The translations under genes and the position numbers were made by a program. 64,000 bases of DNA from a virus: positions 25,916 through 89,915 of IMG/VR virus record IMGVR_UViG_3300031227_000023; one strand, given 5' to 3'. Under the pieces are notes generated by a model. That model searched no databases. It was given only the letters and a program-made list of their open reading frames with translations, and was not told the origin of the DNA. Position 1 is the first letter of the stretch. Each line of letters opens with the position of its first letter. Positions 10,106-20,597 of the stretch are shown here, in pieces.

Positions 10106-12838
10106 CTATGTTGCAGGCGATGGTTCAAGCATTCTAGCATCACGGGCTTCCCTAGCATTGGCCACTGCTTCTGCCACCACATCACCATCAATTTCCACCG
10201 TCACCTGTGTTGGCCTGTCTATCGCTGCCTTCATATCAGCACGCAACGCATCCCACTGTTTCTGATAGTCTGCTTGCGCACGTGCAGCTATCTTGCTTTG
10301 CGCTGCAACTCTTGCCGCCACATTATTCACACCTGTTGGATCTGGAATCACAGCCTGCCGCGCCTGCTGCACCACTTCCGGGCCACCGTTGGCAGCAACC
10401 TGCAATGTAGCTTCAGCAGCAGCGGCTTCCCGTTGCCGCCTCTTTACAATACGGAAAGCAAACTGCCGTTCAAGCCGTTCCTGTGTCTGCCCATTAACAG
10501 TATCGGTTTCCTTCATTTGTGCGAACATTGCCGCTGCACGTTTCTGAATGTCCGCACGCTGCGCCTGATTCATTGACTGCAACGCTTCTTCACCGGTTGC
10601 CGCAAACTTTTCTGTTACGCTTTTTTCCAACCCCAATTTTTCACGGATGTGGGTGATGGTTTCCTTGATTTCATCCCACTTGTGTGCCAGCAACAACAGC
10701 CCTGCGGCAATGGCAGCAATGGCCAAAGAAATTGCACCAAACGGGGTGACGGACCACGCCAAGGAAATGGCTGCACCCATCATGCGCATGAACAGCAACA
10801 GCGGCTTTAAGATAATCAGCCCGGCAGTAACGGCAAGAATGCCGGTTGCAATTCCGCCCAACACCTTGCCAGTGATTTCACCGGCCCCGTTCCACCCAAC
10901 AATCGCATCCTTGTTTTTATCAAATTCCCCCGTGCCGCCATTGATAATATCCCACACCAAACTGAACGCATCACCCATCATGCCGAGCATGGGAAGTAAA
11001 TAATTGTCAGCAGCATCAGCAATGCCTTCCACCATCCCATCAAAGAACTTCCCAACCCTTGTGAAAAACTGGCTTGCATTATCCACAAACTTCAGCAGCC
11101 CTTCATTTTCCGCCTTCCCCAACTCCTTTGTCATAGCATCAGACAAATGGCCATCAACCAACAACTGCACCAACGCTTGGAATCCAAGCTTGACCTTTTG
11201 CAACGGTCCAAGGAATTTATCCAAATCATCACTGCCCTTGCTGAACTGTTCCCGCACCACCTTGAACATCTTGTACATCACCCACCCAATTGCAACGATG
11301 GGAAGAATGGTCAACATCAACTTGCCCATCATCAACATCATCCCCTTGGCACTGATGCCAAGCAAGCCCATCACGCCCTTCACCAACAGGATTGTTCCGG
11401 CCAACATCAGGAAAGAACCTGTAAGCACTACAACCTTGGAAATCAACCGCTTTGTTCCATCATCCAACCCGCGCCACGTAACAATCAGCTTGTTCAAATT
11501 TTCAATCATCCACTCAATGGCAGGCCGCATGACCTGTGCAAACGCCTTGCCAAACACAATTTCAAACGTCTGCGCAGAACCCTGCAACAGAATCATTTGC
11601 CCCTTGAACGTATCCAACAGCTTCTTCCTGAATTCTTCAGCCGCGCCTTCTGCACCTTCAATTGCAAACCGCATGGCATTGACTGCCGCCCGACCCTTCA
11701 CCAACATCTTGGTTGCCGGATCAAGTGCATTAGTCAGGAACACCACGGCATCTGCATTTTTCAACACCGATCCGCTGCCGGTCTTAATCGCGCCACCACT
11801 CTTTTCAATCTCTGCCCGCAGATCCCTATAACCCTTTTCACCAATGATCATTTCACCGTTGGCCAGCTTCACTGCTTCCCGGTTGGCAAGAATGGCTTTA
11901 GTAACGGCACGGGTCACACCGGAAAATGAAAGGATTCCGCGCCTGCCCGCAAGGGTGGCTTCAAGACTCTGCCGCTTTTCATCCGTCCAATCTTTTGTGA
12001 CTTCAGCAAGATCCAAAATGATATCCATCATCGGGCGCATTTGCTTAGTTTCTTCATCGAAAACCTTTGCAAACGGCTTGATTGCATCCTGCACGCGACG
12101 TTCAGAGCCCAACCGCATGAACGCAGCAGACAACGCTGTCTGCGCCGTGAAGGCATCAATGCCCACGTTTCGCATCAGACCCATTGCAATCAGCATGTCA
12201 TCAAAAGACTGCCGGAACGGGGAACCCTTACCCATCAACTTGGGGAACGCCCCGATCATGTCGCGTGTTTGAAAGTTGGTAAGCTGTGTCACCCGCAACA
12301 GCTTGTCAGTCATAAGTGCCGCTTCCCCAACATCACGCCCGTATGCCTTCAGTGAAGCAGACGCAATGGCAGCAGCATCAGCCACGCCCAACTGACCCAT
12401 GGAACCGGCAGCAAGATCCAAAGACGAACGCAGCACGGTCATGGAATCAGCCGCATCAAAGCCCGTAGCACCCAAGACTTCCAAGCCTTCAGCGGCTTCC
12501 AGTGGGCTAAACTGCGTGGCAATACCAGCACTGATTGCAGCGTTTTCAAGCAGTTTCAATTCCCGCGTGGTGGCCTGCGTGATCCCACTGACTGATGCCA
12601 TCTTGAATTCAAATTCAGAAAAACCCTTTGCTGCGCTGAACGCACCTGAAAGCAACTTGGCACCGGCAGTGAAAGCAGCAAACCCCTGCCCCATCAGTTT
12701 CAGTGAAGCCGTGGCCGAACGGGTATGCCCGGCAAAGCCCATCATGCCGGAAGACATGTGGCGCATCATTTTGCCAAGGCCACCATCCTTGCCTTGAAAC
12801 AAAAACCCCGTGCCCATCAGGCCGCCATTCAGTGCCAT
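10106..12838 (-). CDS. Tail tape measure protein
   Basis: 910 aa Ala-rich; TQFSPLEAAEGLEVLGATGF TP901-type core; hydrophobic segments. Confidence 0.93.
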   Translation of the reverse strand: MALNGGLMGTGFLFQGKDGGLGKMMRHMSSGMMGFAGHTRSATASLKLMGQGFAAFTAGAKLLSGAFSAAKGFSEFEFKMASVSGITQATTRELKLLENAAISAGIATQFSPLEAAEGLEVLGATGFDAADSMTVLRSSLDLAAGSMGQLGVADAAAIASASLKAYGRDVGEAALMTDKLLRVTQLTNFQTRDMIGAFPKLMGKGSPFRQSFDDMLIAMGLMRNVGIDAFTAQTALSAAFMRLGSERRVQDAIKPFAKVFDEETKQMRPMMDIILDLAEVTKDWTDEKRQSLEATLAGRRGILSFSGVTRAVTKAILANREAVKLANGEMIIGEKGYRDLRAEIEKSGGAIKTGSGSVLKNADAVVFLTNALDPATKMLVKGRAAVNAMRFAIEGAEGAAEEFRKKLLDTFKGQMILLQGSAQTFEIVFGKAFAQVMRPAIEWMIENLNKLIVTWRGLDDGTKRLISKVVVLTGSFLMLAGTILLVKGVMGLLGISAKGMMLMMGKLMLTILPIVAIGWVMYKMFKVVREQFSKGSDDLDKFLGPLQKVKLGFQALVQLLVDGHLSDAMTKELGKAENEGLLKFVDNASQFFTRVGKFFDGMVEGIADAADNYLLPMLGMMGDAFSLVWDIINGGTGEFDKNKDAIVGWNGAGEITGKVLGGIATGILAVTAGLIILKPLLLFMRMMGAAISLAWSVTPFGAISLAIAAIAAGLLLLAHKWDEIKETITHIREKLGLEKSVTEKFAATGEEALQSMNQAQRADIQKRAAAMFAQMKETDTVNGQTQERLERQFAFRIVKRRQREAAAAEATLQVAANGGPEVVQQARQAVIPDPTGVNNVAARVAAQSKIAARAQADYQKQWDALRADMKAAIDRPTQVTVEIDGDVVAEAVANAREARDARMLEPSPAT

Positions 12839-12878
12839 TAGTCACGCCTTCCAATTGGCCAATGGCTGCCCGCGTTCG

Positions 12879-13064
12879 CTATCCTCTTGCCGCACGCGCT
12901 TCTTTTTGCCGCTGTTCTGTCACCCGATTCAACAGCCACAAGAATTGCTGCATGTCCAGTTCCCAAGCTTCCTTCCACGATATGTTCAGGCCACTGCCGT
13001 CTTGCTGCCACATCAGCCCAAACACGCCTTCAAGAATTTGTTCCCGGCTCATCACCGGGAACAT
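12879..13064 (-). CDS. Tail assembly chaperone 'T' portion (probably reached by -1 frameshift)
   Basis: 61-aa ORF before the tape measure gene, in the -1 frame of 13073..13933; this frame is open back to the slippery site at 13145-13151. Confidence 0.65.
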   Translation of the reverse strand: MFPVMSREQILEGVFGLMWQQDGSGLNISWKEAWELDMQQFLWLLNRVTEQRQKEARAARG

Positions 13065-13072
13065 GGCACCGA

Positions 13073-13933
13073 TCAGTTCCGCTGCCGTCGCATCCGTGCC
13101 CTTTTCGATATACCAACCGCCGGAATCAGGAACCGTGAATCGCCAAAAGGGATGTCGAAATCATAGGTTTCCCCGCAGGATGGGCAAGCCACATCAATGG
13201 TAGTGTCAACACCACAGTCCACCTGATCCATGTAATCACGCAACGCTTCTGCATCCTGCGTGTACATTTCCGATTCAATCCACTTGGGCAGATCCACACC
13301 CTTCACCCCTTCCACTTCCAGCACACGCATGCGCAGGGCTGCGCTTGATAGCTTCTGTCGCTGTTGGTGCTGTATCTTGGCAAACTTCAGTTCATCTTCG
13401 CCGGTGGCCAGCTTGAACCAACACGTGCGCTTTGCAACTTCCAGCCCGAACGCAAACTTGTTGTCACCGGATTCCAGTATCGCCCGGCTTGCCTTCGGAA
13501 GTTCCTGCACGGTCAGTGCGTCAAGGTCCACTGCATTAGACTGATCCTTTTCCCCGCATTCCGTACACGTGGCGGGAATTTCATAATTCTTCCCATCCTT
13601 CACGCTGATCTTCCTGAGATTAACCAACATGTGGAACCTGTCACCCTGCAACAGTTTCAGCGGGTTCAGCCGCGCACCGTCTTCAATTCCCCACCCCGCA
13701 TACACGCCCGGATCATCGACACCCAACAGGCAGGCGTCAAGGATTTGGGAAAGGGCAACGCCGCTGCGCATCTTGGCCCGATCCGCCAACGCATTCTGTT
13801 CCTTCACCTTCATTGGCCTGATCCGGTACACCATCCCAGACGGTGCCGTGAACTGTTGGCCATCACCCCCAATGGGTACTTCTTTTATGGGATCTTCTTT
13901 GGATGTCTTGGGCGGGTCTTTCTGTGGCATCAC
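13073..13933 (-). CDS. Tail/baseplate assembly chaperone (T4 gp26-like, two CxxC)
   Basis: IRPMKVKEQNAL, LLQGDRFHMLVNLRKIS, CTEC, FKLATGEDE, CPSC; lies between tube and tape measure genes. Confidence 0.75.
   Translation of the reverse strand: MMPQKDPPKTSKEDPIKEVPIGGDGQQFTAPSGMVYRIRPMKVKEQNALADRAKMRSGVALSQILDACLLGVDDPGVYAGWGIEDGARLNPLKLLQGDRFHMLVNLRKISVKDGKNYEIPATCTECGEKDQSNAVDLDALTVQELPKASRAILESGDNKFAFGLEVAKRTCWFKLATGEDELKFAKIQHQQRQKLSSAALRMRVLEVEGVKGVDLPKWIESEMYTQDAEALRDYMDQVDCGVDTTIDVACPSCGETYDFDIPFGDSRFLIPAVGISKRARMRRQRN
13145..13151 (-). promoter_or_regulatory. Candidate -1 programmed ribosomal frameshift heptamer C CCT TTT
   Basis: Minus strand atc cct ttt fits X XXY YYZ; the -1 frame opens three codons upstream (after a TGA) and continues into 12879..13064. 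Confidence 0.65.
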
Positions 13934-14028
13934 ATTGCCCTTTCATTTGATTGTTTCATTGTCCATTAAGTTAGCACCGACACGGGGCACCGGAATGCCC
14001 CGCATCAGCTAAGGGTTGACAGCCTTGA

Positions 14029-14481
14029 TCAAGCCGCTTCTTCCCAATAGTCACAGGCAATCACCACCGACTCTGCCCGGTGGTCATCACTTGTTGCGTC
14101 AAAGTCACCTTCACTGAACCGCTTGCACCATGCGTTGAAACACCTGATGCGCTTCACGTCGTTCCCGGCCCGATCCAACTGCACAACGTCAATCGTGCGG
14201 TACAGATCAGACGGGTTGGCACCGGTGCCTTCAGCCACAGCAACGCATTCCTTCATCCACTGAAGCAGATCAGTGTCATCATCGAACACGCCCCGTTCCA
14301 ACGTGATGTCAGGGAACGTGACAGTGGCACCCGGCTGCTTCTTAGCAATCAGGGAACCGCCTTGCTTGTAACTCGATTCACCGACTTCCACAGCAAGTTC
14401 CGAACAGCTTTGGAATTCGGCAGACACCACCTTGTCAATCTCAACAAGGAAAGTGCCTTTCAACATGAAATCGCGTGCCAT
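14029..14481 (-). CDS. Tail tube protein (T4 gp19-like)
   Basis: FLVEID..FQSCSEL..PG..TFPDITLERG...NAWCKRFSEGDFDATS motifs. Confidence 0.92.
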   Translation of the reverse strand: MARDFMLKGTFLVEIDKVVSAEFQSCSELAVEVGESSYKQGGSLIAKKQPGATVTFPDITLERGVFDDDTDLLQWMKECVAVAEGTGANPSDLYRTIDVVQLDRAGNDVKRIRCFNAWCKRFSEGDFDATSDDHRAESVVIACDYWEEAA

Positions 14482-14529
14482 GGTAGCAACCCTTTCACTT
14501 TAAATCAGACGGCAAAAACAGCACACCGA

Positions 14530-16770
14530 TCATGCTGCTTCGTCAAACGCCCGCGTGTCTTTCGATACTTCCACATTGATGAACTCAGCAGGCGTGGCCA
14601 TGGCCAAGCCCATACGAACCTTCAGCTTCCCCTTCGCAACCTGCGGTGCCGGGTTCAACTCCTCGGATACATCCACAAAGAAAGCCGTTTCCGGGTTCTT
14701 CGAAGCAAACGCGCCAATGCCCATCTGCCCGCGCAAGTAGATTTCCACCATACGCTTGACCCGCGCACGCAGTTCCGGGGTGTTGTTTTCGTGCTTCACG
14801 AATTGCAACAGTTCCACCACATCGTGCTTGATATGGATCACGCCCCGGCTTTGGTTCACGAACGGCCAATTGCTGTTGCTATCCAACGCCCGTCCACCGT
14901 CCACATGCCGTGGCCCGGCTGCATACTGCGTGATGGGGTTGATGCGTTCGGGGTAAAGCAAATCCCTGATTTCATCCCGCAGCACTGCTTCATCCTGGAA
15001 GCCAATGCACCCACGCAGGTGCCCGTTTTCCGTGCCAGCCGGTGACTTGTAAATGCCACCCTTTTTGGTGTTATCCAATCGAGACATCAGACCCATGATC
15101 CCACCGGACGGGGGAACATCAACGCTGTCTTCATTGCCGTACACCGACACGGACGGGTTCACAACCTTGTACCATGGCCAATAAACCGAACCGTTGCCCG
15201 CACCGTCTTTCAACGCTGCCGTGGTTCCAACATACGTGATGGCCTGCGTGTACGTGTTGCCCGTGGGGGTGTCAAAGACCACATACACCATGCCTTCACG
15301 GTACGTGTCTGCGTACACGATCAGGCCGGACGCAACGCCCGCTGTGGCCCTACCAGGAACGGCCAACAGGGAAAGGTTGTGGATTGCGTTTAAGCCATAC
15401 AGGCCATTCACACCGGCTTCACTGCCAATGAAATCTGCATCAGCAATGCTTGCCAATCCATCGTTGCCACCGGTCATTGCGGCAGACGTGGCATTTGCCG
15501 GACGTTGCGCAGTGACGGAACCAGCCGCATCTTGATCTGTCACACTGATCAGGCTGCTGCCCGTGTCCGCGTGATTGATCACGGTTTCACAGAAGTTGGC
15601 AAGGGTATCACCCATGGAAATATTCTTCCACCGCTCCTTTACCAACCCGGACACCAACACGTACAGGTTGAATTCACTGGCAGTGCCGCTTGTTGCGGCT
15701 GCCACCTGCACGGTGATGTTCGCGGCAAAAACGCCTTCAGTCTTGCCGTTGCATACCAACGTGTTGACTGCCGTGCCTGCGCTGCCGTAGTTCACCGCAT
15801 TGTCAAAGCCAATTTCATCATCAGCCGTGGAAGCCGCAAGGATCTGCACGCTTGACGCTGCGCCGGTGGTGTTGGAAGTGATCGTGATGGTGGTGGTGCC
15901 GGAAACGGTAACACCGCTGCCTTGCGTCACTGCCAATTCAATGATCGTCTTCAATTCCGCACCCGTCACGTTGGCCACATCAGCCACGTTGCCTGTGCCG
16001 GTATTCAGATCCACAGGGAAGCCCAACACCGCGTTGGACGTGCCACCGGTAATCTGCACCTTGGAACTTGTGCCCAACACATCAGATATGATCCGAACGG
16101 TGTTGCCACCAATCACGGTGCAGCTTGCACCGATCAGACCCGCGTTGATCACTGCCGCCACTTCTTCAGCGGTTGCAGCACCAATTGCGGAAAAGGAACC
16201 GGTCAAAAAAGTTACGGTCTGCGTGCTGCCGCCATCAATCTGCACGGTCAGGGTTTCCGCATTGCTAAGGGCAAACGTTTCCGTGCTTACGCACGTTTCA
16301 ACAGCGGCAACCGCAGTGATCGTTGCCGTTTCTTCCGTTCCGGGTATTGCGGTGTCAACCAAGACTTCCAGGGTGTCACCACTGGCCAACGCGAATGTGG
16401 CACTGTTGGTGCTGATCACGGCACCGGCAGACGCACTTGCCGCAGCCGTTTGCAACGTGACAGCACCCTTAGCAGCCGTGGCCAACGTGCCAGCATCCAC
16501 ATCCGAATAATGGACCACGCGCACGATCCAAGCATACTTGCCGCCTTCACGGAAAAACTGCGCAACGGCCAAGGCCATGTCACTGTTGGCGTTGTAGCCA
16601 CCGAACTTTTCCACATATTCCGTCCAAGAGGTGACAAGGGTGGCTGCACCAATCGGGCCACGGTCAGCAACCCCAATGAACCCGGCCACTGCTGTTGGCT
16701 TTTCAGCCAAATCTTTCATCAATGGCGTGGCATCAGAAGCCTTCACGCCCGGACTAAGTTGCGTCGTCAT
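14530..16770 (-). CDS. Tail sheath protein
   Basis: LSPGV, RGPIGAATLVTSWTEYVEKFGG, VYWPW..VPPSG..KSPAG, INPI, PAEFI. Confidence 0.95.
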   Translation of the reverse strand: MTTQLSPGVKASDATPLMKDLAEKPTAVAGFIGVADRGPIGAATLVTSWTEYVEKFGGYNANSDMALAVAQFFREGGKYAWIVRVVHYSDVDAGTLATAAKGAVTLQTAAASASAGAVISTNSATFALASGDTLEVLVDTAIPGTEETATITAVAAVETCVSTETFALSNAETLTVQIDGGSTQTVTFLTGSFSAIGAATAEEVAAVINAGLIGASCTVIGGNTVRIISDVLGTSSKVQITGGTSNAVLGFPVDLNTGTGNVADVANVTGAELKTIIELAVTQGSGVTVSGTTTITITSNTTGAASSVQILAASTADDEIGFDNAVNYGSAGTAVNTLVCNGKTEGVFAANITVQVAAATSGTASEFNLYVLVSGLVKERWKNISMGDTLANFCETVINHADTGSSLISVTDQDAAGSVTAQRPANATSAAMTGGNDGLASIADADFIGSEAGVNGLYGLNAIHNLSLLAVPGRATAGVASGLIVYADTYREGMVYVVFDTPTGNTYTQAITYVGTTAALKDGAGNGSVYWPWYKVVNPSVSVYGNEDSVDVPPSGGIMGLMSRLDNTKKGGIYKSPAGTENGHLRGCIGFQDEAVLRDEIRDLLYPERINPITQYAAGPRHVDGGRALDSNSNWPFVNQSRGVIHIKHDVVELLQFVKHENNTPELRARVKRMVEIYLRGQMGIGAFASKNPETAFFVDVSEELNPAPQVAKGKLKVRMGLAMATPAEFINVEVSKDTRAFDEAA

Positions 16771-16782
16771 GTTTGATGCTCC

Positions 16783-17133
16783 TTATTTCTTGGGTTCGGG
16801 CTTGGGTGCCACCCTGCCTGCCTGTGCAGCCTTGGGTGCCTGCGCCTGAACCGGTTTCTTTTTCGCTGGGGGGATGGCCACATTGGCCTTGATACGACCA
16901 CGCGCCAACGCAGCGGCAACATCGGGGCATTCCAAAACCGAGTCATGGAACGGGCCAGCCTTCACGCCAACCATCAGGTGAATGGCAAACGGAACGCGCC
17001 GCACCTTCCCCTTGCCAGCATCACCGGGCAACTTCTGCCGCGTACACAAGCACTTCCCGGATTGCACACAATACACATCGTGTTCCAAGTGCAAACTGAT
17101 CGGTGCCCTTGTCAAATTCTCAAGCCTAATCAT
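16783..17133 (-). CDS. Hypothetical protein (Cys motif, basic tail)
   Basis: 116-aa ORF coupled to the neck genes. Confidence 0.6.
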   Translation of the reverse strand: MIRLENLTRAPISLHLEHDVYCVQSGKCLCTRQKLPGDAGKGKVRRVPFAIHLMVGVKAGPFHDSVLECPDVAAALARGRIKANVAIPPAKKKPVQAQAPKAAQAGRVAPKPEPKK

Positions 17134-18059
17134 GGTAATTGCTCCTGTGTCACTGTCGGATCATCTGTTACGGTCCACCCGCGTTCAACAACTGCACGGT
17201 CATCATCTTCATGCCTGAACCCGCGCACAACAAACGGGCAAGAAAACTGATGAACACGGTTGCGCCCACCGGTGGTTGCAAGCTGCAACTTGGGCGGATC
17301 GGTCAAAATCAGCGGGAACGATTCAGCGTCTTCATCCTCAAATGTTAGCCACACGTGCTTCACAGTCAGAAAGAAACGATTCACCACCTTCTTCAAGGCC
17401 ATCAATTCGTTCCTGTTGTCACTGGCAACAACCAAAGTGAACAACAACTTGACCCATTCAACGGGTGCCTTCTGCACCCACTGCGGACCTGTTGCCGTTC
17501 GCTTCCTTGCTTGCTGATTCCTGTAAAGCCGGTCCCACTCTTCATCCGGCCCTTCAACAATCACAATCGGCAAACCTGCGCTTGCAACATCCACAGAAGC
17601 AACACCAAGTTCATCCACTTCTGCGTGATCCAAGTCAGTCAGCCAAGCCACGTTTGGCAAGCTATGACGTTTTAAAAGAACGAGCAACGCACGGACAATT
17701 GCCGAATCTCTCGATTCCCCAACCAATGCGGTCAGTTGATATGTGAACGCATCGGGTCCTATAACGGTTTCAGTTGTGTTGCCATCATCATCAAGCCGAT
17801 TCACCACAATGTCAACATTCTTGGGCAAATCAGAAACGCTGTCTACATACACCGGAACCACAAAATACAGCAGCGTTGGGGCAACAACCTGCACCTTTGA
17901 AGACAGCACCCCATTGACGGAAACACTCATGGTCAACTGTTCATCACCACCACCCGTGCCGGACACAGGCAACCGGAAGTCTTCACCCCACAGCCGTACC
18001 AAATACCCACCTGTGGGTGGTCCAACGATTCGGTCCAAATGATCAAAGCGCAATGCCAT
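17130..18059 (-). CDS. Tail terminator/completion protein with N-terminal IPT/TIG-like domain
   Basis: Likely start MALRF at 18059 (TGATG overlap); GPPTGGYLVRLWGEDF...DAFTY is TIG-like; position before sheath. Confidence 0.6.
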   Translation of the reverse strand: MALRFDHLDRIVGPPTGGYLVRLWGEDFRLPVSGTGGGDEQLTMSVSVNGVLSSKVQVVAPTLLYFVVPVYVDSVSDLPKNVDIVVNRLDDDGNTTETVIGPDAFTYQLTALVGESRDSAIVRALLVLLKRHSLPNVAWLTDLDHAEVDELGVASVDVASAGLPIVIVEGPDEEWDRLYRNQQARKRTATGPQWVQKAPVEWVKLLFTLVVASDNRNELMALKKVVNRFFLTVKHVWLTFEDEDAESFPLILTDPPKLQLATTGGRNRVHQFSCPFVVRGFRHEDDDRAVVERGWTVTDDPTVTQEQLP

Positions 18060-18556
18060 CACAACCCCAACGCTTTCTGCCAATCCTTGGGCAATTCCTG
18101 CAACTTCTTCTTCACCCACGTATCATAGGTTTGCTGAAGAAAGCTGCGCCGGGGAATGATCACATTTTTGCTTCTGCCTGCGCGGTGCGTTCCAAACTCA
18201 TGCACAGCCGCAATGTTTGCCAATGACCGCGTGCCGCTCTTATCCCTGTGTTGCGCCTGCCTTAATACTCCCACAAAATATCCCTGCCCAACCTTGCGCA
18301 CAATCACGCTGCGCCGCAGTTGCCCGGTAACAATCAGGATCTTCGGATTGCGCACCTTTTCCTTGCGCTGCCGTTGCATCAACGTGCTGGCAGCAAGCGG
18401 TTCCCATGGCGTGCCGCCCGGCTTCTGATTGGTAATTCCCTTGACCACTTCAGCCTGAAACTCATGCGCATACAAAGCTGTCAGCCTGCCTTCTGCAACC
18501 TGAACCTTCTTTGCCAGTGACGCCATGAACCCCGCAGCCTGACCGGAAGACATCAT
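18059..18556 (-). CDS. Neck / virion morphogenesis protein (Mu gpG-like)
   Basis: PWEPLAASTL, ILIVTGQLRRS, IAAVHEFG, IPRRSFL. Confidence 0.85.
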   Translation of the reverse strand: MMSSGQAAGFMASLAKKVQVAEGRLTALYAHEFQAEVVKGITNQKPGGTPWEPLAASTLMQRQRKEKVRNPKILIVTGQLRRSVIVRKVGQGYFVGVLRQAQHRDKSGTRSLANIAAVHEFGTHRAGRSKNVIIPRRSFLQQTYDTWVKKKLQELPKDWQKALGL

Positions 18557-19053
18557 TGCTGCTGCCTGTCATCAATAGTGATTGCCAAAATATTCCGCTT
18601 GGGATTATGCAACGCCAACCCGTAACTGTCGGGCACCGCCTTCACAACGTATTGCCCCGGTGGGTTTGTGAATGTTTCAATCAACGTTCCATCCTTCTGA
18701 TACAACGCCGCAATTCGATCACCGGGTTTGATCAATGCCCGGCCATCAGTCCCAACCAAGCCGTTCCGTTCCAACCACTTAAAATGCGCAAGATACACCG
18801 TGCGGGTCTTTGGAGTCTGCCCACCCGCCATCTGCTGCTGTTCGTTGACCCGTTCTGTATGGATCTGAACAGGCACCCGCACTTCAGCCATTTCCCTGCG
18901 GCTGGATTGGCCAACAGGATTCCCCGCCACTGCGGTTTTGATTGGTTCCCGGAAATCTTCATCGTACCCACCACCGACAACATCAGCAGTGGCTTGGGTA
19001 TCCAGCCTGCACACCCCAATTAAAAATTTGCTAATCAACCGTCCTCTTGGCAT
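18553..19053 (-). CDS. Head closure / head-tail joining protein (putative)
   Basis: Position; likely start MPRGRL; GYDEDFREP motif. Confidence 0.6.
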   Translation of the reverse strand: MPRGRLISKFLIGVCRLDTQATADVVGGGYDEDFREPIKTAVAGNPVGQSSRREMAEVRVPVQIHTERVNEQQQMAGGQTPKTRTVYLAHFKWLERNGLVGTDGRALIKPGDRIAALYQKDGTLIETFTNPPGQYVVKAVPDSYGLALHNPKRNILAITIDDRQQQ

Positions 19054-19535
19054 GTGGCACACCTTTGAAGATTTATGACTTTTTTAATTGCACGCAGCAA
19101 TCCGTCATATTTTGCCAACTCTGAATTGCTGTAAGCAATCGCAAGCACGCCTGCCCGCGCCTGATCACAATCAATCCAGAATTCAAATCTTCCATTGGTC
19201 TGCTTGTTGGCCCGCAGCAACGCATGACCCTTGGCCATCATGAACGCTGCAAGTGCTAAATCTTCCACTTTTATACCACACGAACCGCCTTGACGCATAA
19301 CATTAGTGCCACTCCCAAACCTGACCGCGTGCCGTAACTCTTGCACCCGTTGGTCAAATTGAAAGCATGCCCCGTTGCGCCACTTATCCTTGGCTTCACT
19401 GTGCAGCAGATCGTTTTCATCAAACACAAAGTCATGCTTTTCACGCCTTGACTGCGCCAACTCCACGCCCTTCAACGGAACCCCTTCAAGCAACAGCCAC
19501 GCGGCAAACCCGATTGAATGCGTATGGTATATCAC
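19035..19535 (-). CDS. Tandem DUF5659-like domain protein
   Basis: Two copies of T/DxxxAAF/WLxxxGxxL...FxF. Confidence 0.6.
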   Translation of the reverse strand: MIYHTHSIGFAAWLLLEGVPLKGVELAQSRREKHDFVFDENDLLHSEAKDKWRNGACFQFDQRVQELRHAVRFGSGTNVMRQGGSCGIKVEDLALAAFMMAKGHALLRANKQTNGRFEFWIDCDQARAGVLAIAYSNSELAKYDGLLRAIKKVINLQRCATCQEDG

Positions 19536-20584
19536 ACAACCCCCATTTCTGTTGGCCTATGAAACTGCGCAATAACATCATCAATTTCGGGATCACCAGT
19601 GGGGTAAGAATTGACATTGCTGCCCTGCCCCGCGCCCGCCCGTGGGGCAAAGGAAACTGACTGTGTTTTTGTTTTGATAGAACTGACCCTGTGCGCTTCA
19701 CGCCTGTCTTCCATTTCATCCGGGTCATCAAATGTCGGCAGCATGCGCCACACGATCTTCACCGCTGCATCACGCAATTCTTGGGGTGGCGTGTTCACCA
19801 CCAAAATATTATCCTCATCTTCATACACTTCCGTGTACCCGAACACACCCTTGACTTCCACGTTGTGCCTGCCTTCAGGAAATTTGTACGCGGGATCGTA
19901 GAAGGCAATGTGCGGATCTGCACGGTCATCTTCCAGCGTGTTCCTGTTCCTGATGTGCCGGTTGCCAACCCGCATCACTTCATCATCAACATCCCACACC
20001 GGATCATAATCCTTGTCTAAATAATTCACTTCTTCCAACGCATCAATCGGGTGCCTGAACGGCAGCCGGTCCATGCCGTTGCCATCGAACCGGGCCACGA
20101 TGTACCGCAGATCAAAGATGTTTGCCGTGGCCCTGTAAATCAGGCTTGTTGCTGCCTGCAACTTGCTGCCAACTTCAGCATCCGTGGCATCAGCTTCAGC
20201 AATTCCCCAATTCCTGACATCCTGAACCGTGGCCACCTGCTGCCTGTACCGGTTGGCACCCGGATCTGCCACGCACAATTCATACCCGTGTGTGGTCCAT
20301 TCATCTGCTGCCGCAATCTTCCACCGAACCGCAACCAAGTAGTGCCCCTTGTCAGCATCAGCCGGAACAGTCCATGGGATCACGTACCGGCCAACGCCCA
20401 ACAGGGTGGCACTCAAATCAATAACAGCCCAATCAACCACTTCGGTCAGGCCAGTGGCTTCACGAAGGAACACCTTGAAGTCAGCAGAACTTGCAGCCTG
20501 CAAGAATCCGTTCGCATCCATTGCAAAAAACCACAACCTTGGATTGGTTGTGGATACCACTTCGCTCTGCTTCAGGTGTTCCAT
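19532..20584 (-). CDS. Head-tail adaptor (with N-terminal extra domain)
   Basis: ATVQDVR..LQAATSLIYRAT..F; FPEGRHNVEVKGVFGY..PPQELRDAAV; TGDPEIDDVIAQF. Confidence 0.75.
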   Translation of the reverse strand: MEHLKQSEVVSTTNPRLWFFAMDANGFLQAASSADFKVFLREATGLTEVVDWAVIDLSATLLGVGRYVIPWTVPADADKGHYLVAVRWKIAAADEWTTHGYELCVADPGANRYRQQVATVQDVRNWGIAEADATDAEVGSKLQAATSLIYRATANIFDLRYIVARFDGNGMDRLPFRHPIDALEEVNYLDKDYDPVWDVDDEVMRVGNRHIRNRNTLEDDRADPHIAFYDPAYKFPEGRHNVEVKGVFGYTEVYEDEDNILVVNTPPQELRDAAVKIVWRMLPTFDDPDEMEDRREAHRVSSIKTKTQSVSFAPRAGAGQGSNVNSYPTGDPEIDDVIAQFHRPTEMGVV

Positions 20585-20597
20585 GTTCGATGCTCCG

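Noticed and set aside
13983-14002. Hairpin cggggca-ccggaa-tgccccg after the tail tube gene as a terminator
   Set aside because: No U-tract on the coding strand; it may be a stability hairpin but cannot be supported
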